Below are positions 57,849 to 64,000 of a stretch of DNA of 64,000 bases, piece by piece (the first letter of the stretch is position 1; each line of letters opens with the position of its first letter). This DNA is from Promethearchaeota archaeon (GTDB lineage: Archaea > Asgardarchaeota > Lokiarchaeia > Sigyniarchaeales > SOKP01). A model generated the notes under the pieces. The model was not told the origin of the DNA, did not search any database, and worked only from the letters and a program-made list of their open reading frames with translations. A program made the translations under genes and the position numbers. The stretch is from positions 25,086 to 89,085 of the forward strand of contig JBHLPW010000010.1 in assembly GCA_048939015.1 (NCBI GenBank), in the 5' to 3' direction.

Positions 57849-60800
57849 TCATGCTTTTGGAAGTGTAAAATAGAACGTTGATCCCTTATTTATTCCACCT
57901 GACTCAACCCAAATTTTTCCACCATGTAAATCAATAATCTTTTTCACAATATGTAAACCTAAACCAGATCCTTCGGTGATAATGTCAAATCCCTGCCCAT
58001 ATCGTTCAATCTTACCGAACTGAGTAAATAACAGATTTATTTGTTCTTCAGTAAGTCCAATTCCATTATCTTGTACTGCGATTGTTATAAAATCGTCTGT
58101 AACGGTAGAACTAATTCCAATTATCCCATTTAAAGGGGTATATTTAATTGCATTGGTTATCAGGTTATTTAATACATGGCGTATCTGTTCTTTATCAAAA
58201 CTAATTATCAGATTGTGATCAATGTTTAGTTTAATTGAATGTCCTCGTAACGCAGCAAAACTCCTTAATTCTTTTATACTTAACTCAATTAAAGAAGATA
58301 AATTACTGCTAACCTTATTTAATTCACTTTCACCTGAGTCTAATTCAGCTTTGTGCATAATATCATATATAAGAGTTTCTAGACGGAGAACCCCTTTTTT
58401 TATATGACTAATTATTTGGAGCTCATCAATCCCAAGATTTTTTTTATATTTATGTAACAAAAGGTCAGCATATCCTTTGATATGCATAGCTGGAGTTTTT
58501 AACTCATGAGAAGTTCTCGTAAGCAACTCAGATTTTAGTTTACTTAGCTCTTTTAGCTTTTTCTGTATTTTCATTCGTTCACTTAAATCTTGAATATTTG
58601 TAATGATGAATTTTTTATTCATAATATCTGTAGTTTCTATATTTAATAAAGCATCATATACTTCTCCATTTTTCCTTATAAGATTCACCAAATAATCTCT
58701 TACCTTTCCAGATTTTTTTATTTCTTTAAGTAATTTAATACGATCATCGGGATTAACATATGTGTTCTTAAGATTTATTTTTCTATATGATTCTAAATCA
58801 TAACCAGTAATTTCTTCCATCATTGGATTTATACTATAGACGTTTCCTTCAAAATCAGCTATCCCAATTCCCACTGGAGATGACTCAAAAAGGATTCTGT
58901 ATCTTTCTTCAGATTCTTTTAGTTTACCTTCTGCTTTTTTATGTTCTGTTATATCCTCTCCTGAACTTAAGGTTCCAGTTATATTGCCATTTTTGTCATA
59001 TAATATAGTATTATGCCATGCAACGATCTTTTCCCTTCCATCTTTAGTAATAACAGGATTTTCAAAAAACTCTACTGGCTCAATCTCACCATTCATTAAT
59101 TCTTTGAAAACCATAAAAACTTGCTCTTTATAATGAGATGGTATACATTTTTCAAACCAATTCTGCCCATCTAATTCACCTTCTGCATATTCGAGTATTT
59201 CATAACCTTTTTTGTTCATTAATGTTATATTTCCATTTCTGTTTATAGCTACAAGGATAACTCCTGCTAAATTTAAGTACATATCTGCTCGTTCACGTGC
59301 TTCTTTTAGTTTATCTGTTGCTTTCTTTCTTTCTGTAATATCGATACTAATGTTCATAACTGCTGGTTTTCCGTCAAAAATAATTGAGCGAAAATAAATC
59401 TCAGTCCATTGTATTTCACCACTTTTTTTTACTGTTTTAATTTCTACATGTGATGGACCTTTTGTTACCTCTGATTGATTATTGTTTACAATTTCCGTAA
59501 GCATTTCCCTAAAGTCGGGGTGAATTACATTAATGAAGTATCCCGGGGGCCACTTTTCAACCTCTTCTTTAGCATATCCGAAATAATCAAGTAATCGTTG
59601 ATTTACATATTTAACTTTGTTGTCTTGAATTATTGACATTCCTACTATGGTTTGTTCAGCTATAGATCTAAATTTATCTTCAGATTCTATCAATTTTTGT
59701 TCTGCATTTTTGCGATCTGTTATATCATGAAATATAACTAATTTCGAGACGCTATCATCTGATTTTTTTATAGGTGTTGTTATGATTTCATAAATTTTGT
59801 TAGTTTTTTGACTTTTTAATTCCCATCTAATAGAACCTTGAGTAGTTATCTCTTGAGTTTGACACCATTTACAAGATTCAGATAGATTTTGGAAGTATTC
59901 ATAACATTTTTTATTTCCAATAGGACCAAATTCCTTTTTAAGAGAAGGATTGACAAATTCAATATCATAATTCTCATTTACGATATAAACTCCATCTTCC
60001 ATTGAATTCAGCATATTGATGAGATTATCCCTTTCATCTTTTATTTTTTCTTCTGATTCTTTTAATTTTTGCTCTGCTCGTTTAGATTCAGTGATATCTT
60101 GCACAATTGCTTGAATCAACATCCGATCTTTTAATTGTACTGTAGAACTCTGCCAATAAAGCCATCGTTTTTCCCCATCTGGTCTTATTATTTCTATTTC
60201 CACTGGTTTGAGTTCTTTTCCTTGTGTTCGATCTTCTGCTCTTTTTTTGAATATTTGCAGAAGTTCTTTTGAATTCTTGAATAAACTAATTATTTCTATA
60301 AAGTTTTTACCATAACTAATACTCGAAGGAAATCCAGAAAATGAATTACTACCTGATGTATTACCTTCAAGAAAATTTCCATTCTCATCAAACAAAAAAA
60401 TACCAAGAGGAGATTTATTAAATAAATTCCGATATTTTTCTTCAGATTCTTTTAATTTTTGTTCTATTTTTTTCCGTTCTGTGATATCTCTACCAATTGA
60501 AACTATATATTTTAAATTTCCCTCCTCATCATTAATACTGGTGCCTAAATATTCAAAAGGCATTAACTTTCCAGCCTTTGTAATGAGATCCATTTCCACC
60601 AATGTCGTTCCTTCATTATTCACTTCTCTTATGGCTCTTGTTGCCTTTTCCAAGTCAGATTTGTTATAATAGGAATCTGGAGCTCTCATATTGGCAATTT
60701 CTTTATTAGTATAGCCACTTATCTCAGAAAAAGCTTTGTTCCATCTAATTGCTTCACCTGTGGATGGTTCAAATACGAATAAAGTATCTCTCTGAGCGTT

Positions 60801-61196
60801 TAATACAGTATCAGTAAATTTCTTTTCATCGAGTAGTTTTTGTTCCAATTTTTTGCGTTTTGTAATATCTCGTACAAAAATAGCAACACGATTTTCTGAA
60901 AAGTATAGATTCCTAGCCTCATAGTAATGTATGAAGTCATTTATTGGAAGTGAATATTCAATCACAGTCGGTGCTTTCGTTTCTAAAGTGTTTTTAATGG
61001 CTTTAGAAAATATTTTAGAGATATGTTCGGGTAAAGTTTGCTCAATAGTTTTTCCTAAAAACATTTCTGGTGTCAAATAAAGAAGCTTCTCATTACCTTT
61101 AAAATCCAAGTGTTTCCCAGTCTCATCGACGAGAAAATATAAATCGGGTATTGCTTCAAAAATTTTTTGAAATTTATCAACAGATACATTTGACAT
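57849..61196 (-). CDS. Soluble multi-PAS (7 PAS) sensor histidine kinase HK2
   Basis: Seven PAS/PAC units, SHELKTP H-box and HATPase motifs nearly identical to HK1 and HK3. Confidence 0.92.
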   Translation of the reverse strand: MSNVSVDKFQKIFEAIPDLYFLVDETGKHLDFKGNEKLLYLTPEMFLGKTIEQTLPEHISKIFSKAIKNTLETKAPTVIEYSLPINDFIHYYEARNLYFSENRVAIFVRDITKRKKLEQKLLDEKKFTDTVLNAQRDTLFVFEPSTGEAIRWNKAFSEISGYTNKEIANMRAPDSYYNKSDLEKATRAIREVNNEGTTLVEMDLITKAGKLMPFEYLGTSINDEEGNLKYIVSIGRDITERKKIEQKLKESEEKYRNLFNKSPLGIFLFDENGNFLEGNTSGSNSFSGFPSSISYGKNFIEIISLFKNSKELLQIFKKRAEDRTQGKELKPVEIEIIRPDGEKRWLYWQSSTVQLKDRMLIQAIVQDITESKRAEQKLKESEEKIKDERDNLINMLNSMEDGVYIVNENYDIEFVNPSLKKEFGPIGNKKCYEYFQNLSESCKWCQTQEITTQGSIRWELKSQKTNKIYEIITTPIKKSDDSVSKLVIFHDITDRKNAEQKLIESEDKFRSIAEQTIVGMSIIQDNKVKYVNQRLLDYFGYAKEEVEKWPPGYFINVIHPDFREMLTEIVNNNQSEVTKGPSHVEIKTVKKSGEIQWTEIYFRSIIFDGKPAVMNISIDITERKKATDKLKEARERADMYLNLAGVILVAINRNGNITLMNKKGYEILEYAEGELDGQNWFEKCIPSHYKEQVFMVFKELMNGEIEPVEFFENPVITKDGREKIVAWHNTILYDKNGNITGTLSSGEDITEHKKAEGKLKESEERYRILFESSPVGIGIADFEGNVYSINPMMEEITGYDLESYRKINLKNTYVNPDDRIKLLKEIKKSGKVRDYLVNLIRKNGEVYDALLNIETTDIMNKKFIITNIQDLSERMKIQKKLKELSKLKSELLTRTSHELKTPAMHIKGYADLLLHKYKKNLGIDELQIISHIKKGVLRLETLIYDIMHKAELDSGESELNKVSSNLSSLIELSIKELRSFAALRGHSIKLNIDHNLIISFDKEQIRHVLNNLITNAIKYTPLNGIIGISSTVTDDFITIAVQDNGIGLTEEQINLLFTQFGKIERYGQGFDIITEGSGLGLHIVKKIIDLHGGKIWVESGGINKGSTFYFTLPKA

Positions 61197-61356
61197 TTCT
61201 AATCCCTTAACTATTAATAATATTTAAAATCAAAAAATTTAACACAAATATAGGGATTATCTACGTATTTTTATTTATTCGTTTTTACAAAAAAATATAA
61301 ATATAATTTTTCCATAAAAGTAAGAATAAAAAAGACGAATATTTTATTCACGATAT

Positions 61357-61560
61357 TTAAACTTCCTTTAACTTTTGCTCTAATGCTTTCGTTAATAAAG
61401 ACAGAATCTCATATAAATCTCCAACAATACCATAGTTAGCAAATTGGAAAATCCAAGCATCAGGATCTTTATTAATTGCGATTATAATATCGCTACTTTT
61501 CATTCCGACCAAATGTTGAATTGTGCCTGAAATTCCACAGGCAATATAGATCTTCGGATT
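61357..61560 (-). pseudogene. etfA: Second etfA 3' remnant, absent from the ORF track
   Basis: Translates [51 protein letters not shown]...KLKEV*, with an in-frame stop immediately upstream. Confidence 0.85.
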
Positions 61561-61599
61561 TTATTGAAATAAAAATTTTAATGAGGATCTGCTTTACTG

Positions 61600-63825
61600 T
61601 TAATTTTTATTAAATTTATCCTTTAACACTTTTGGAAGTGAAAAATAAAAAGTCGAGCCTTTATTTATACCTCCTGACTCGACCCAAATTCTTCCACCAT
61701 GTAAATCGATAATTTTTTTCGCAATATGTAGACCTAAACCAGATCCTTCAGTTATAATATCAAAGCCTTGCCCATAGCGCTCTATTTTGCCAAAAGGAGT
61801 AAATAATCGACTTATTTGCTTTTCTGTGAGTCCAATACCATTATCTTGTACTGCGATTGTTATGGAATCATCTGTAATGGTAGAATTGATTCCAATTATC
61901 CCATTTAATGGGGTGTATTTAATTGCGTTGGTTATGAGATTATTCAATACATGGCGTATCTGTTCTTCATCAAATTTAACTATTATATTATCGTCTATGT
62001 TTAACTTAATTGAATGTCCTCTCAACGCAGCAAAGCTTCTTAATTCTTTTACACTCAACTCAATTAAAGAGGATAAATTACTTGAAACCTTATTTAATTC
62101 ACCTTCACCTGAATCTAATTCAGCTTTATGCATGATATCATATATGAGAGTTTCTAGACGTAGAACTCCTTTTTTTATAGTACTTATTATTTGGAGTTCA
62201 TCAATACCGAGATTATCTTTATATTTATGTAATAACAAATCCGTATATCCCTTAATATGCAAAGCGGGTGTTTTTAACTCGTGAGAAGTTCTTGTAAGCA
62301 GCTCTGATTTTAATTTACTTAATTTTTTTGACCTTTTCTCCACTTCTATTTTTTCACTAATATCCACAATAACTTCTGCTACTCTATCTATTGTTCCACT
62401 TGGATTAGGTAAGGGTGCAGATAGTATTTCATAAGTATGATTATTAGAAGCAATCATAATTTCCTTTTCAACTGTTTTATTTGTAATGGCTCTTATCATT
62501 GGACAATTTTCACATCTATCTTTTCGTCCCAAATAAAAATTAAAACATTTTCTGTTTGTATGCTCACCAAATTGTTCTCTTAATAATTGATTTTGATAAA
62601 TTATATTATAATTTGAATCTATTATGTCAATCCCAATACCCGTTTGAGATAATCCTTCAGTTAAAGTTCGATATAATTCCTCGGATTCTACCAATTTTTG
62701 TTCTGCTTTTTTACGTTCGGTAATATCCTCTTCAGCTACCATGATAATTTGCTCATTACCCATTTCAATTAATGAAATTATGAGTAGTGTCCAAATAATA
62801 TCGCCCTCTTTACTATAAGTTTGAAATTCAACTGCATTTGGAATTTTCCCTAATTGTAGAGAACGAAACATGTCTGATATTAATTGATCATACGGATGTG
62901 GAAATGAAAAGACATCTATAACATGTTTTCCTATTAATTCTTGTTTAGTATAACCAAACAGATCTACGGTATTAGAATTACAATCAATTATAATTCCATT
63001 CAAATTTATTAAAGTATATGCAATAGGAGATTTTTCAAAAAGATTTTTGTATTTATCTTCAGATTCTCTTAAATTTTGTTCTATCTTTTTGCGTTCAGAA
63101 ATATTGACGATTGTAATTAAATCTGCAGTTTTCCCTTTAAATATTATAGGTTTTGAATACTGGTCTACCCATATTATCTCCCCCGATTTTTTAATTCCAC
63201 GATACTGGTAGTTTTTAACAATATCTTTATCTCCTCTTTGCTTTTTTGCGAGTTGTTCTAAAGCAAATTCCCTATCTTCGGGATGAATTGCATTAAATGC
63301 ATCTTTTAATTCCCAGTTCATCATATCTTCAACAGTATATCCAAAAATATTTGCATATGCTTCATTAACATATTGAACTATATTATCTTGGACTATCAAT
63401 ATCCCCATGAGGGATTGTTCAGTAATAGTTCTAAATTTCTCTTCAGATTCTTTAAATTTTTGTTCTGTCTTTCTCTGCTTAGTATTATCTTTAACGTAAA
63501 TAGCAGCTTGACTTTCTGAAATATATAAAATTATAGCTTCATAATAATGCAAACCATCATCTAAAGGTAGTGAATAATCAAATATAGTTGGTTCTTTTGT
63601 TTCACATGTTTCTTTAATTGCGATTTCGTACATTTGAGCTACTTTTTTGGGTAGAACTTCATTAATCGTCTTTCCTAAGAACGCTTTTGGAGGTAAATAT
63701 AGGAGATCCTCGTTCCCATTAAATTTCAGAAGTTTTCCCTTATTATCTACAAGAAAATATAAATCCGGAGAGGAAACTAATTTTCTTCTTGTGAAATTCT
63801 CATTCAAAGTTGTAATTATTATCAC
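61600..63825 (-). CDS. Soluble multi-PAS (4 PAS) sensor histidine kinase HK3
   Basis: Four PAS units, SHELKTP, HATPase motifs; N-terminus near-identical to HK1. Confidence 0.92.
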   Translation of the reverse strand: MIIITTLNENFTRRKLVSSPDLYFLVDNKGKLLKFNGNEDLLYLPPKAFLGKTINEVLPKKVAQMYEIAIKETCETKEPTIFDYSLPLDDGLHYYEAIILYISESQAAIYVKDNTKQRKTEQKFKESEEKFRTITEQSLMGILIVQDNIVQYVNEAYANIFGYTVEDMMNWELKDAFNAIHPEDREFALEQLAKKQRGDKDIVKNYQYRGIKKSGEIIWVDQYSKPIIFKGKTADLITIVNISERKKIEQNLRESEDKYKNLFEKSPIAYTLINLNGIIIDCNSNTVDLFGYTKQELIGKHVIDVFSFPHPYDQLISDMFRSLQLGKIPNAVEFQTYSKEGDIIWTLLIISLIEMGNEQIIMVAEEDITERKKAEQKLVESEELYRTLTEGLSQTGIGIDIIDSNYNIIYQNQLLREQFGEHTNRKCFNFYLGRKDRCENCPMIRAITNKTVEKEIMIASNNHTYEILSAPLPNPSGTIDRVAEVIVDISEKIEVEKRSKKLSKLKSELLTRTSHELKTPALHIKGYTDLLLHKYKDNLGIDELQIISTIKKGVLRLETLIYDIMHKAELDSGEGELNKVSSNLSSLIELSVKELRSFAALRGHSIKLNIDDNIIVKFDEEQIRHVLNNLITNAIKYTPLNGIIGINSTITDDSITIAVQDNGIGLTEKQISRLFTPFGKIERYGQGFDIITEGSGLGLHIAKKIIDLHGGRIWVESGGINKGSTFYFSLPKVLKDKFNKN

Positions 63826-64000
63826 TCTCCCCTTAATGTTGTAACATAAAAAATCAAACTATTTTATTTAAATTAATCTATAGTTTGGAATAAATTATAT
63901 ATTTATTTTTGCAAAAATAAATAAGTAGATTTTCGACTATATCAATCTTGGCTTTTAAAGACCTAATAAAGACAAATGTACAAGAGATATTAGAAATGAC
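63826..64000. repeat. Diverged copy of the HK1 upstream region (57054 to about 57230)
   Basis: Collinear shared blocks TCTCCCCTTAATGTT, ACATAAAAAATCAAA, TTTTTGCAAAAATA, TATATCAAT, TTTAAAGAC. Confidence 0.75.

Noticed and set aside
3770-63844. Short antisense or overlapping ORFs in the track (e.g. 3770-3991, 6929-7267, 13201-13494, 37583-37843, 42974-43333, 53141-53587, 61787-62284)
   Set aside because: Almost all lie within or opposite well-supported genes; none shows a recognisable motif, so they are treated as shadow ORFs
54081-64000. Kinase triplication as a pure assembly artefact or transposon
   Set aside because: Copies differ by many substitutions and in domain content; no transposase, terminal inverted repeats or integrase seen

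Overview
AT-rich archaeal DNA. The gene repertoire (TPR and multipass membrane proteins with a C-terminal Cys8 zinc finger, membrane-anchored beta-helix proteins, many soluble multi-PAS histidine kinases, GGAGG/GGTGA-type ribosome-binding sites) suggests an Asgard archaeon, probably Lokiarchaeia; this taxonomy is an inference. The core is an apparently complete Azoarcus-type (bzd) anaerobic benzoyl-CoA pathway: oah-dch-had-bzdNOPQ-bzdM (40.6-48.2 kb) plus a BzdV-like NAD(P)H:ferredoxin oxidoreductase (51.5-54.1 kb). Around it lie other CoA-ester and low-potential redox genes: acyl-CoA dehydrogenase with EtfB and ferredoxin-fused EtfA; an AOR / Fe-S / PanE-like / activator operon; a CoA ligase / thiolase / 2-hydroxyacyl-CoA dehydratase / MaoC cluster; a CCG-domain oxidoreductase; and MoaD. 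There are also three M29 aminopeptidase paralogs, a GH38 mannosidase and surface proteins. The right end is a tandem array of three mosaic PAS-kinase genes separated by etfA and bzdV remnants. Highlights outside the ORF track: a C4C4 RING-like module shared by a TPR protein and a membrane protein, a missed 51-aa zinc-finger gene, a probable ATA start for AOR, 21-bp-phased promoter repeats, a 22-bp perfect palindrome and a switch-like hairpin in a long intergenic gap. No rRNA, tRNA, CRISPR array or transposase was recognised. Family assignments come from motifs and remembered sequences, not from database searches.
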